Below are positions 25,252 to 33,858 of a DNA stretch of 36,444 nucleotides, piece after piece. This DNA comes from a virus. Its lineage: Duplodnaviria; Caudoviricetes. Below the pieces are notes generated by a model. That model made no database searches and was not told the DNA's origin. It was given only the letters and a program-made list of their open reading frames with translations. The translations under genes and the position numbers were made by a program. The stretch lies in the IMG/VR virus record IMGVR_UViG_3300037634_000027, positions 1 through 36,444 of that record, one strand, 5' to 3'. Each line of letters opens with the position of its first letter. The stretch's first letter is position 1.

Positions 25252-27441
25252 TTAAGGCAAACCAACAGGAACGCTACCAATAGCCAAACCTTCGACAACA
25301 GTTCCTGATCCCGGCGTTGTGAAATTTCCTCCCGTACCAGCATTTGTGCCGTAAGCATTAACCCCGTTTCTCATATATATAGCTGGAGCAGTTCCGGTAG
25401 GGGTTGTTCCGTCCGAACCGCAATCCACTGGCATTTGGAGTGCGCTATAAAATTTAAGCCTGTTAGCTTCAGTTCCAAAGTCAATATACTCAGTAGTCCA
25501 GAATATATTTCCATAATGCCCTTTAAAATTATTTCCGTCAGCAGTGGAACTTTCAATAAATCCTCCAAGGCTACAGCCGCCCGTGGTTGACATATTAATA
25601 TTTTCATCAGTAAGAGTGGATACGGTTACAGTTTGGGATATTCCATCTAAATAAATTTTGCAATTAGAGCTGCTTGCCTGATCCCAACAGATAAGGACGT
25701 TATGCCACTCGTCTAAATCTACAGATACGGATGCTTCTGCATCACCAATCTTGGTGTCTGAACTGTTTTGAGTCTCAATTTCTACAGCTTTACTTTTGGA
25801 AACACTAACCCAGACTCTTTGATAATCATTAGGGCCAATAGCTAAAATAGTTTTACCGCTCTCATCTACCTCTGGAAAAAATGAAAAAGCCATTGACCAA
25901 GTTTTTCCGTCAGAAACACCCGTTAATGCAGAGCTATAGCGCATAATAGGTACGGTAGTTGCTCCAGAAGTATTGTTTATGGTGCGGCCAATGTACTCAC
26001 TCATACTTACACTGCCTCGCCACGGCAAACTATACTCGGTAAGATTTCCCCCGCTAGACCCAAGATTCTTCCCCGGATTTGGTGCATAAACCGGATAACC
26101 GCCTAAAGGAGTTACTCCTGCGTCTTCTATAACTTGCGCTACAGGTTTGGGCCGACTATTGTCCGAATCCCAAAATATATTATCAGTTGCAAGCGCTCTA
26201 TAAGTTTTTTCTATCCAACCTTCACCAAAAATGGCAAAAGAGCCGTCATTACTAATTTCTAGCCTTGCGCCATAAGTGTCATCAAAGCCACCAATGTTTC
26301 CACCACTAACCGTACTTGTGGTCGCTGTAGAGGTTAGGTCAGTTCCATTGACAAATACCTTACAGTTACCTGAAGAAGCTGAATCAAAGCAATAGGCAAC
26401 ATGATAAATCCCAAAGCGACCCAGAGGAATTACATAATAAACCTGCCCACCACCTTCAAAATTAAGCGATAGTGTTGTCCCTGAACCCATTTGACCCAGC
26501 ACCCAATTACCGCCATTGGGGTTGTGCATAAGGTAACTTTCTCCGGTACTACCAGCCGCAGAATAAATAAACGAACCAGTAACTACAGTGGTTGTAGATG
26601 TAGAAAAAGAAGTGGTATTAGCATAATCGCCGGAAGTTCCCCAATCAGAAGCTACACAATTATACTGATTAGGCCCACGAGCCGACTCGTTAAAAGTACC
26701 GTAAGCAGTATAGTTTCCACCTGTACCAGAATTTGTAGCGGCAGCAGAAGCATCAGTAAACGCCATGTACAAAGGCGGGGAAAGGCTAGATGGATCAGCG
26801 GGGAAGCCGTCAGCGTCAATGAAATGACGGCGATTAACTGATGAACTCAGATCACGGTAAGTCATGTCTAGGAAAAAATGAGAAAGCCTGCCCTGAAACC
26901 ATTGCTGTGTTGAGTGCATCTTTCCAAAACGCGTGTAATCAACTGTCCAATCAATATTAGCATCAGTATAAGTGTCCCAATCCACAATATCTGTGTTGGT
27001 GCTTACATCAACGTCATTTAGATAAACGTAACGATTACTTGCATTAGCCAGATCAACAGAAACCAGAACATTTGTCCATGTAGCCACCGGAACATTTATC
27101 GTCAACACCAACGCATCCGTTCCAGATGATTGACGCAGATAAAATTTCATATTGCCCGATACACTTGAGCTTGTGTCATATCGCATAAAACTGCGCGAAG
27201 TGGTGGTTGCTGTCCCACACCAAAAGAAACTCTGATTAGCGCCGCCGTCTGTGGTGGTATGCCACATAGGGCTTGGGTATATAAAAAAAGAAAGGGTAAA
27301 AGTCTTCGCGTCTGAAACATTGCTTAATTCTGATGTGCGTTCTAAATAGTTTGTTTGCCCATCAAAGTCAGTCGCTTCAGGGTCTGCCTCACCCGTACTT
27401 ACGCCAGCCGCTGCTTGTAGTTCTCGCCTGATACTTGTCAT
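25252..27441 (-). CDS. tail fibre / receptor-binding protein with tandem LamG/ConA-like domains
   Basis: Start reassigned to MTSIRRELQAAAG (ATG at 27441, TAATG overlap). DFDG..YL, FTLSFF, WTNVLVS, WHNVLICWD and KIYLDG motifs are typical of LamG jelly rolls. Confidence 0.8.
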   Translation of the reverse strand: MTSIRRELQAAAGVSTGEADPEATDFDGQTNYLERTSELSNVSDAKTFTLSFFIYPSPMWHTTTDGGANQSFFWCGTATTTSRSFMRYDTSSSVSGNMKFYLRQSSGTDALVLTINVPVATWTNVLVSVDLANASNRYVYLNDVDVSTNTDIVDWDTYTDANIDWTVDYTRFGKMHSTQQWFQGRLSHFFLDMTYRDLSSSVNRRHFIDADGFPADPSSLSPPLYMAFTDASAAATNSGTGGNYTAYGTFNESARGPNQYNCVASDWGTSGDYANTTSFSTSTTTVVTGSFIYSAAGSTGESYLMHNPNGGNWVLGQMGSGTTLSLNFEGGGQVYYVIPLGRFGIYHVAYCFDSASSGNCKVFVNGTDLTSTATTSTVSGGNIGGFDDTYGARLEISNDGSFAIFGEGWIEKTYRALATDNIFWDSDNSRPKPVAQVIEDAGVTPLGGYPVYAPNPGKNLGSSGGNLTEYSLPWRGSVSMSEYIGRTINNTSGATTVPIMRYSSALTGVSDGKTWSMAFSFFPEVDESGKTILAIGPNDYQRVWVSVSKSKAVEIETQNSSDTKIGDAEASVSVDLDEWHNVLICWDQASSSNCKIYLDGISQTVTVSTLTDENINMSTTGGCSLGGFIESSTADGNNFKGHYGNIFWTTEYIDFGTEANRLKFYSALQMPVDCGSDGTTPTGTAPAIYMRNGVNAYGTNAGTGGNFTTPGSGTVVEGLAIGSVPVGLP

Positions 27442-28556
27442 TATGCCATTGCCGCCCCGGATAAGAATCCATACCAAATTGTACCGCCATCTACCGTATA
27501 AAACACCAGCACATCCACCCCAGACGATGTTAGTGTTGGTGCAGTCGCTGCCGCCCAATCTACACTGGCAGGCCAGTTAACAGTCTGGCTTCCACCGTTA
27601 GTGAGAGTTAAAACAAACCCGCATAATTCATCTGATGCGGTAGGGTTAGAAAAGGTAAAGGTGGTAGTTGATGTGTCTACTGTGCCTGTCACCGAATTAC
27701 CATCGTTAAGGTCAATATCCTGCGTACCACCACCAATACTTCCTATAGCATTAGTAACTTCGCCGTAATCTTTAAGATTAACAGCAGAAACTGTTTGATC
27801 GCCTCCGGTTACCGCTCCGGCTAAGGTCACACCTGTTAGTGTAGGTGCTGTACCAAATACCAATGCTCCTGACCCTGTTTCGTCAGTAACAGCACTGGCA
27901 AGGTTAGCCGAGGATGGGGTTCCCCACCATGTGGCAATACCCGTCCCTAAACTGGTAATTCCTGTACCCCCGTTGGCTACGGGAAGAGTACCTGTAATTT
28001 GTGACGTAAGATCAACACTTCCAAGAGTGCCACCAAGTGTCAAATTACCAGAACTTGTAACTGTTCCAGTAAGCGTAATTCCATTAACAGTGCCAGTACC
28101 CCCAACAGAAGTAACTGTACCCGCTCCGGTTTCCGTAGGGTTTGCATCTGCCACAGCAGCGCCAGCCCCAGCACCGTCAGTATAGACATACTTTTTAGCG
28201 CCACTTGCCACATTAACTGTAGCACCAGACCCTTGCTTGATCGTAATAATCTGGCTACCTGTAGTAGCGTTTTCTATTATCCAGACTTTGGATATGGTAT
28301 TAGGGCCAAGTGTCACTACTCTGGTGGTAGTTAAACTAACCGCCGAAGTAATCTTTAAATACAATGCGCGAGTGCCATCAGCGCTGGCATTTGGCATCGT
28401 AAAAGTTTCATTTGCGTCTGATGACATTTGCTTTGTGCCATACCCAAACGCATCGCTAACAAGAGACAGGTTAGTGTTGGTGGAGGTTCCCCATGTACCA
28501 CTTTCATCACCTGTTGCGATCTCTTTCAACCGCAAGTCATTTGCATAAGTTGCCAT
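27441..28556 (-). CDS. tail fibre protein
   Basis: GDESGTWG..TN N-terminal anchor, GTVTSVG and GTLPVANGGTG fibre repeats, C-terminal WPASVDW...PTLT..GVDVL.F...DGG..WYG domain. Confidence 0.82.
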   Translation of the reverse strand: MATYANDLRLKEIATGDESGTWGTSTNTNLSLVSDAFGYGTKQMSSDANETFTMPNASADGTRALYLKITSAVSLTTTRVVTLGPNTISKVWIIENATTGSQIITIKQGSGATVNVASGAKKYVYTDGAGAGAAVADANPTETGAGTVTSVGGTGTVNGITLTGTVTSSGNLTLGGTLGSVDLTSQITGTLPVANGGTGITSLGTGIATWWGTPSSANLASAVTDETGSGALVFGTAPTLTGVTLAGAVTGGDQTVSAVNLKDYGEVTNAIGSIGGGTQDIDLNDGNSVTGTVDTSTTTFTFSNPTASDELCGFVLTLTNGGSQTVNWPASVDWAAATAPTLTSSGVDVLVFYTVDGGTIWYGFLSGAAMA

Positions 28557-28573
28557 TTCTTTACCTCAATTAA

Positions 28574-29335
28574 CTATGGGACAGGTGTCCAATTAGGTGT
28601 TTGTGAAGGATTAAGATTACTCCATCCCGGTGTTTGTGATGGGTTAAGGTTTACCCAACTAGGATTTTGTGAAGGATTAATATCCTCCCAGACCAAGACT
28701 CTTCCTACTTGACCAGTGGCACTTAGACCAACCGCATCAATAATTACATTTGTAAATACAGTAACCGAGCCAAGAGAAGTTGTCGCGGAAAGCCCAGTGA
28801 CAGGGACTTCAAGAACCAGCTCAACCGTAACACCAGATAAACCGCTAACTGCCTCCAAACTCCCAGCAGAAACATTTGCTTTTCCGGTAACAGACGTTGG
28901 CCCTGACAAGCCAGTAGTAGCAGCAAGACCTGTAGGATAAACCCCAGTTTGCCAAACTGGAGCTGCTATACCAACTTCACCTGTAGCGGCTAAGCCAGTA
29001 ACCGTAACCACATCGTTGTGATGTACTGTAACCGACCCCACAGCAGTGGTAGCTTCAAGACTGCTTGGAAAGACTTCGCCTTTGCCCTGAACATTGGCTG
29101 TTCCGATTACACCAGTAGCTTCAACACCAGTTACATTAACTGTGGCTCCAGCAATGATCCCTGCCGATACAGTTCCTACTTGTCCAGTAGCGGCAAGAGA
29201 GTAATCTGTTTGCCCCCACGCGCCTTCACCGAAACCCTCTAAGCGACCCCAGCCGCTAAGATAAAGGATTTGATTGGTGTCTTCGCCCCAGCTTCCGTCA
29301 CCCCAAGCCGCTCGACTCCAACCCACAGAAGACAT
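28574..29335 (-). CDS. putative structural protein with beta repeats
   Basis: 253 aa; WG-rich N-terminus, repeated VTGL.AT..VG.V units, C-terminal NPSQ.P.W repeats. Confidence 0.65.
   Translation of the reverse strand: MSSVGWSRAAWGDGSWGEDTNQILYLSGWGRLEGFGEGAWGQTDYSLAATGQVGTVSAGIIAGATVNVTGVEATGVIGTANVQGKGEVFPSSLEATTAVGSVTVHHNDVVTVTGLAATGEVGIAAPVWQTGVYPTGLAATTGLSGPTSVTGKANVSAGSLEAVSGLSGVTVELVLEVPVTGLSATTSLGSVTVFTNVIIDAVGLSATGQVGRVLVWEDINPSQNPSWVNLNPSQTPGWSNLNPSQTPNWTPVP
28590..28690. repeat. three degenerate 33-bp coding repeats (W..(I/L)NPSQ.P)
   Basis: Encodes WEDINPSQNPS WVNLNPSQTPG WSNLNPSQTPN W. Confidence 0.85.
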
Positions 29336-29352
29336 CTAGTAGTCTCCTGTAA

Positions 29353-29787
29353 TTAAGCGATGCGGATTATGGCATTAGTCGAATCAGCAGTAGGCATTAC
29401 AATTTTAAATTCTCCAGCGGTAGAGGTTTTATCCCCTCCAAAATCCAGAATTACTACACTTGGATCACCAGCAGCGGTGTCATTGAAAATCATTGCGCCT
29501 CTGGCGGTGATGGTTGCTGTACTCCATGTAGAGTCAGCAAAATCAGTAAAAGCGGTAGTGCCACCTGTTGTGGGCGTTACGTTAGTTAACGCATTTCCTT
29601 TAGCTGTATAGCCGCTACCTGTCACCTCATTGGTAGCCGTATAAGCTGTAGTTGATGCGGTAAAGGAAGCGCTGTTGGTATACAGCGCTATATTAAACGT
29701 ATTGCCCGTAGAATTTGTAAAGTTGTGTGTGCCTGTCAAAAGCTCTTGTTTAAAACTGGTACACATATAATTGCCAGAAAAAGCCAT
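29353..29787 (-). CDS. conserved phage structural protein
   Basis: 144 aa; CTSFKQELL.G.HNF...IALYT...NEVTG.GY...DF.D..W...TITARGA.I...VILDFGGDKTST pattern. Confidence 0.7.
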   Translation of the reverse strand: MAFSGNYMCTSFKQELLTGTHNFTNSTGNTFNIALYTNSASFTASTTAYTATNEVTGSGYTAKGNALTNVTPTTGGTTAFTDFADSTWSTATITARGAMIFNDTAAGDPSVVILDFGGDKTSTAGEFKIVMPTADSTNAIIRIA

Positions 29788-30077
29788 TAAAGTCTCCTTA
29801 TCTTTTCTGCCAAAGAACTTTCTCCGGCATCTAATAATAGATTGTAAATAGTAGTTCTTTCGCTAGAAGCGCCCTGCTTAATGTAATGAAGTACAACGTG
29901 TTCTATGTGAGCTTTAAAAGCTTCGGCCTGTTGCCTGATTATCGGATCAGCGTGTAACGAAACCGAAATAATTTTATTGGCACACGATGCTGCTAACTCG
30001 TCAGGAGTAAAGCCTCGATGACTGGTGGTTTCTACGCCAACCGTACCTACCGCAGTTTCAATATCTACGGTAAACAT
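29787..30077 (-). CDS. hypothetical phage protein
   Basis: 96 aa; TAATG-coupled on both sides. Confidence 0.7.
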   Translation of the reverse strand: MFTVDIETAVGTVGVETTSHRGFTPDELAASCANKIISVSLHADPIIRQQAEAFKAHIEHVVLHYIKQGASSERTTIYNLLLDAGESSLAEKIRRL

Positions 30078-30718
30078 TAAATCCTTACGCTCCTGACTGC
30101 TCCAGAGCGGAAGTTATCTGTAGTGTCATAGCCTTCACCCAGAGACTTGAGTCGTGAAACCGCATCTTCATACTTTGCGTTATACCAATCCATCTGCGCT
30201 GCATCACCTTTAAGGAAGGTATAACCTTCAACCAGACACGCATTAAGCAGCGCATTTTCTGCATTAGACCCTAGCCAACTGGTTCCGCTGGAAGCGGTAG
30301 TAATGGACTCTGGCTCATACATAAAATGAAGCTCTACAGCATAGTTCTGGTCAGGGGTAGGCCCAATAATAAAACGGGTATCGTCAAAGATACTGTAATA
30401 CTTGGGCACACCTTCTGTGGCTTCTACCGGATACGCTTCGCGGATAAAGTTAACATCCTTAAATACCAAGTAATCATAACCGCTATTATCAATAGCCAAA
30501 GAATAGGAGGCTAAAAAACCTGTCGGCATTGTTAAGTACGCATTGCCTTGGCTTAAAGTACCCGTTTCATTTTTACGCAAATCGGGAATCTGACAGGTTC
30601 TTAGAATCCTTTGCTCAGCCTGAGTAATAATCGTAGGCAAGTTAGTAACAAAGGTAGTCTCTGTGGTTTCCAGATAATCCTGTATCGCAGTTTTTAAGGT
30701 AGTAAAAGTAAAGGCCAT
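30077..30718 (-). CDS. head-tail adaptor / tail tubular protein A-like
   Basis: 213 aa; L.TAIQDY...I.QAEQRI...G.PKYYS...GPTPD..Y.VEL...WL....ALL.ACLVE pattern. Confidence 0.75.
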   Translation of the reverse strand: MAFTFTTLKTAIQDYLETTETTFVTNLPTIITQAEQRILRTCQIPDLRKNETGTLSQGNAYLTMPTGFLASYSLAIDNSGYDYLVFKDVNFIREAYPVEATEGVPKYYSIFDDTRFIIGPTPDQNYAVELHFMYEPESITTASSGTSWLGSNAENALLNACLVEGYTFLKGDAAQMDWYNAKYEDAVSRLKSLGEGYDTTDNFRSGAVRSVRI

Positions 30719-31062
30719 TATGTAATTTCCACCGTAACTCGTCCCACATGTCCTGACATGTCAAGACCAACAGTTCTGCTTCCCATTTCAGTGTTACCAC
30801 CGCCTACTGGGTTCCATGCATAAAGCTCTCTACTTTGATGGTATCCGCCATCAGGTCGCGGGTCTCTCAAAGCTTGCGGATCAGACATATTAATCATGCC
30901 TAGCTTCCACTGAGGATTGTCTACATCTAGCACATCTTTACCGACCAGCATCCCGTTAGGTCTGCCTGCTTCGATTTGAGGAACCAAGTCTCTTAACTTG
31001 TACCGGAAACCAGTACGGTCACAGAAACCAAAGGCGTGTTTACCGCTTGCGTAGCTGCTCAT
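30718..31062 (-). CDS. conserved hypothetical phage protein
   Basis: 114 aa; YASGK.A.G.CDRTGFRY...DPQALRDPRPD; coupled to both neighbours. Confidence 0.7.
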   Translation of the reverse strand: MSSYASGKHAFGFCDRTGFRYKLRDLVPQIEAGRPNGMLVGKDVLDVDNPQWKLGMINMSDPQALRDPRPDGGYHQSRELYAWNPVGGGNTEMGSRTVGLDMSGHVGRVTVEIT

Positions 31063-31754
31063 AAGTATTGATACCCGCCGGGAACAACATACAAAGCAGC
31101 TTTTTCACGGTCTGAATCAGCCGCCATTGTCCACTGCTCTTCATAGTTTTCTTTTAAAAACTGAAGCTTAGGAGCGGCTTCGGCTCTTTTATTGGCAATC
31201 ATGTAGGCCAGTCCCGCTGTCAGGCATGGCAAAAATCTAGCAGGCACATCCATATCCAAAGAAGCTGGAGAGCCGCTATCTTCTACACGCTCCATGTAAT
31301 AGTAACCAAATGTCCATGTCTGGGAAGCGTCAGGAACAGGCCAGACGTTAACTGTGATACCTGTAGGCGCTCGTTCTATCCAGTATTGAATAGGTCTGCC
31401 TTGCAGTAATTTGTTAGTCTGGTGAGAATACTGAGCAATAGAAATACGTTGCATCGTAAGGTCTGACTGCCTGCTAACATCGCCAGCGTTAGTACGCATA
31501 AAGGCTTCTACTACATCAAGTATCTTCCCGTTTAATGTATATGAGCCAGTGCCAGCGACCAGTGTTTCTGTTGTTCCTTTTACAGTCCAGAGGTTTAAGC
31601 CTCTGTTCTGCCAGTCAAGCATAAGAAGGTTTAAGCTGCGTCTTGCAGTCCTGTAATCAAAACCAGAACGTAACTCTATCCCGCAGCGCTCATAGGCTTC
31701 TTCAATAATATCGCCTAAATCAAGATTGAATGTAAACGTGCCGCTGGTTGCCAT
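31059..31754 (-). CDS. second head-tail adaptor-like protein
   Basis: 231 aa; IIEEAYERCG...ARRSLNL...W.NRGLNLW...GRP.QY...VWPVPD...P.RFLPCL.AGLAY pattern. Confidence 0.75.
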   Translation of the reverse strand: MATSGTFTFNLDLGDIIEEAYERCGIELRSGFDYRTARRSLNLLMLDWQNRGLNLWTVKGTTETLVAGTGSYTLNGKILDVVEAFMRTNAGDVSRQSDLTMQRISIAQYSHQTNKLLQGRPIQYWIERAPTGITVNVWPVPDASQTWTFGYYYMERVEDSGSPASLDMDVPARFLPCLTAGLAYMIANKRAEAAPKLQFLKENYEEQWTMAADSDREKAALYVVPGGYQYL

Positions 31755-31960
31755 TAGACAATTCTGCCTCTTGTGTGTCCTTGCACAGCCCTGCCATCAC
31801 CTAGCCTGCCGCCTGAGAACATTTTTTTGTTAATCCCACCTTCGCTTAACGCGATTGCCATTGCTTGGTTTTTGTTAGTTACCTTTTTGCCAGAGCTAGA
31901 CTTTAGCTTACCGTCTTTAAATTCGCCCATAACATAATTAACTTTTTCTTGGCCTTTCAT
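31754..31960 (-). CDS. small basic protein (DUF6496-like)
   Basis: KV..VM.EFK.GKLKSSSGKKVTN..QA.AIALSE motif; C-terminal GG..GDG.A.QG.TRGR tail. Confidence 0.7.
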   Translation of the reverse strand: MKGQEKVNYVMGEFKDGKLKSSSGKKVTNKNQAMAIALSEGGINKKMFSGGRLGDGRAVQGHTRGRIV

Positions 31961-31962
31961 AG

Positions 31963-32442
31963 CTATCGGTTCCTTGCGCGTCTAACACCCTGAATGGCAG
32001 CTCCAGAACCTCTAACTTGCCCACCAGTATTCATTTTGCTTAATGTCTTAGCTAGGTTGGCTTGTCTTCGAGTAGTGGAATTGCGCGATTTAGAAAGTTT
32101 GTTTAACTCAGACTTACTGATGTCTTCGCCTTTCTTAACTCCAGCTTTCTTGCGTAGACTTCCGGGGTTCTTGATTGCCTTTTGTATCCAGTTTTTATCT
32201 TCAGCCATACCGCCTCCCGCCATGTTTCTGCTTCTGTTTGTCTTTCTTGAAGTGACCACTAAGTTAGAAGAAGAGTTGTTCGTAGGATCGCCATCACGAT
32301 GATGAACATCTCTACGGTCTCCCTTGTTCACACGACCATCTGCCAGTAAAGAATTACGCGCAGCATTACGGGCTGCACGATTCTTCTTTTGCTTTGCGCT
32401 TGAGTGATAAGAGTCATACTCACGGCGATAATTTCTAGCCAT
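31963..32442 (-). CDS. HNH-like nuclease fused to a small basic module
   Basis: Start reassigned to MARNYRREY (ATG at 32442). DVHHRDGDPTNN...NL......NRSRN beta-beta-alpha-Me motif, then a WIQKAIKNPGSLRK basic module. Confidence 0.72.
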   Translation of the reverse strand: MARNYRREYDSYHSSAKQKKNRAARNAARNSLLADGRVNKGDRRDVHHRDGDPTNNSSSNLVVTSRKTNRSRNMAGGGMAEDKNWIQKAIKNPGSLRKKAGVKKGEDISKSELNKLSKSRNSTTRRQANLAKTLSKMNTGGQVRGSGAAIQGVRRARNR

Positions 32443-32803
32443 CAAACTGAGCCTTATAAGCGTCTTTAACCAATGAAGCTTTCTTCTCTCTTCGATCAAG
32501 CTCTACCCCAAACTCACGGGCAAACTCTTCTAACTGAAGCTTGGTCATCTGATTAAGATCAGCTTTAGAAGTTTCTTCTACTTCCTCAACTACTTCTTTT
32601 TTTTTAGGCGCAGCTTTCTTTTCAGGAGCAGCCTTCTTTGCAGGAGAACCACCCATAGACTTTAGTTTAGTCTTAGCTTCCGCCTCAGTCATAAGCTCAA
32701 AAACTGAAATGTCATATTCGCCATCAGCATTCTTTGACCCTATCTGATAAACCGGATCGCCGTTACTAAAGTTTCCGTTTTGGAAGATTTCTAGTTTAGC
32801 CAT
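32435..32803 (-). CDS. hypothetical protein with C-terminal Rho-N/HeH-like helical domain
   Basis: 122 aa; K/A/P linker followed by DLNQMTKLQLEEFAREFGVELDRREKKASLV. Confidence 0.6.
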   Translation of the reverse strand: MAKLEIFQNGNFSNGDPVYQIGSKNADGEYDISVFELMTEAEAKTKLKSMGGSPAKKAAPEKKAAPKKKEVVEEVEETSKADLNQMTKLQLEEFAREFGVELDRREKKASLVKDAYKAQFDG

Positions 32804-33203
32804 AATTTTTAACGCCTTTAATAATGATCATGTAGGTATCACCAGCGGCAGCGCCATTAGTAGTAAACAGAATATCCCCTGTTACCCCTGTGCCTGCGTT
32901 GTTAGGTATTGCGGTGAAGTCTGAGAAATCCAAGGTATCGGAATAGTTCTCAGGAAGGGTAGTAAGTAGAACATTTGCGGTCGCGTCCAAAAATATACTT
33001 ACTGACATATTGTAAGTAGAAAACTGAATACCTGTAACTGATACGCTTGTACACGCAGCTCCTGTTCTCGGCTGAGTGCTTAGGTCTGAAACATTGACCT
33101 TGACCACCGCGCTCTCACCAGTGGAGTCACTTACGTTAGTGAACTTCATGACAAGATTGCGAGGGCCATCCTCGATAGTCTGGGTTGTTACTGCGTCTGC
33201 CAT
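32796..33203 (-). CDS. conserved phage virion-associated protein
   Basis: Start reassigned to MADAVTTQTI (ATG at 33203, GGAGG at 33209-33213); beta-rich 135 aa. Confidence 0.7.
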   Translation of the reverse strand: MADAVTTQTIEDGPRNLVMKFTNVSDSTGESAVVKVNVSDLSTQPRTGAACTSVSVTGIQFSTYNMSVSIFLDATANVLLTTLPENYSDTLDFSDFTAIPNNAGTGVTGDILFTTNGAAAGDTYMIIIKGVKNYG

Positions 33204-33213
33204 AGTCGCCTCC

Positions 33214-33240
33214 AAAAAAGAGCGGGGCTAATGCCCCGCT
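33214..33240 (-). terminator. intrinsic terminator
   Basis: Minus strand reads AGCGGGGC-ATTA-GCCCCGCT-CTTTTTT, just after the stop codon of 33247..33774. Confidence 0.85.
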
Positions 33241-33246
33241 GCCAGA

Positions 33247-33774
33247 TTACGCATCTGCGAAAGGTGTTTCCAAAGTACCAGAGCCAACCAAAACGCCAGA
33301 AACCTGCCATTTGTTAGCGTAAATAGGAACTACCTGAATAGTGGAGCCAGCTATGCCGCCCTTCGTAGTAGTGTTGGTGTTGATCACATCATTGCTACTA
33401 CCGTTAGGAATATACTGTTCCGCCGCTCCGCTTTTGCCGAGAAGTATTGATCCCAAAAAGAGATCGCCCGGAGTTCCTGTTCCACCGCATTTTAACGCTA
33501 GGGTGCAGTCAACAAGAAAAACAAAGTTGTACTGAAGACCAACATTGTTAGCGGTGTTTGGATCGGCTCCCGGCCCAGCAGTAGCAGGGTCAGCAGTAGT
33601 GCTAATTTCGGGGAGAGTCACAGTCAAAGAAGAATTATTAATAAGAATGATTTTGCCAGCATGGTCAGCAGGGGTGATTGTTGCGTTAGCGGTTATCTCA
33701 ACAGTCGTTGCTGGGCCTCTGGAATACATTCCAGCCAATGAACGCACTGGCCCTTGAAAGGTTGTTAAAGCCAT
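33247..33774 (-). CDS. putative head decoration / head fibre protein
   Basis: 175 aa; MALTTFQGPVRS N-terminus, TVTLP beta motif, TPFAD end; first gene after the capsid gene. Confidence 0.6.
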   Translation of the reverse strand: MALTTFQGPVRSLAGMYSRGPATTVEITANATITPADHAGKIILINNSSLTVTLPEISTTADPATAGPGADPNTANNVGLQYNFVFLVDCTLALKCGGTGTPGDLFLGSILLGKSGAAEQYIPNGSSNDVINTNTTTKGGIAGSTIQVVPIYANKWQVSGVLVGSGTLETPFADA

Positions 33775-33787
33775 TAGAGTTACCTCT

Positions 33788-33858
33788 TTACGAAAGGATT
33801 CGTCTTAGCGTCTTCGTAACGTCCACTGGGATGGTCGCTAAAACTGATATGTTCCCAG
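33788..33858 (-). ncRNA. structured RNA element downstream of the capsid gene (Mu-gpT-DE-like candidate)
   Basis: Three interlocked complementary pairs: 33853-33858/33826-33831, 33836-33844/33802-33810 and 33812-33819/33788-33795. The family name is inferred from gene context only. Confidence 0.55.

Noticed and set aside
27442-27558. Longer start for the LamG fibre
   Set aside because: It overlaps the upstream fibre gene; the TAATG coupling at 27441 is the better start.
25252-28556. Diversity-generating retroelement target in the fibre genes
   Set aside because: No reverse transcriptase or adenine-mismatched template/variable repeat pair was seen in the window.
33788-33858. HDV-like/theta or hammerhead ribozyme
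   Set aside because: The stem order does not match HDV topology and no CUGANGA/GAAA core is present.
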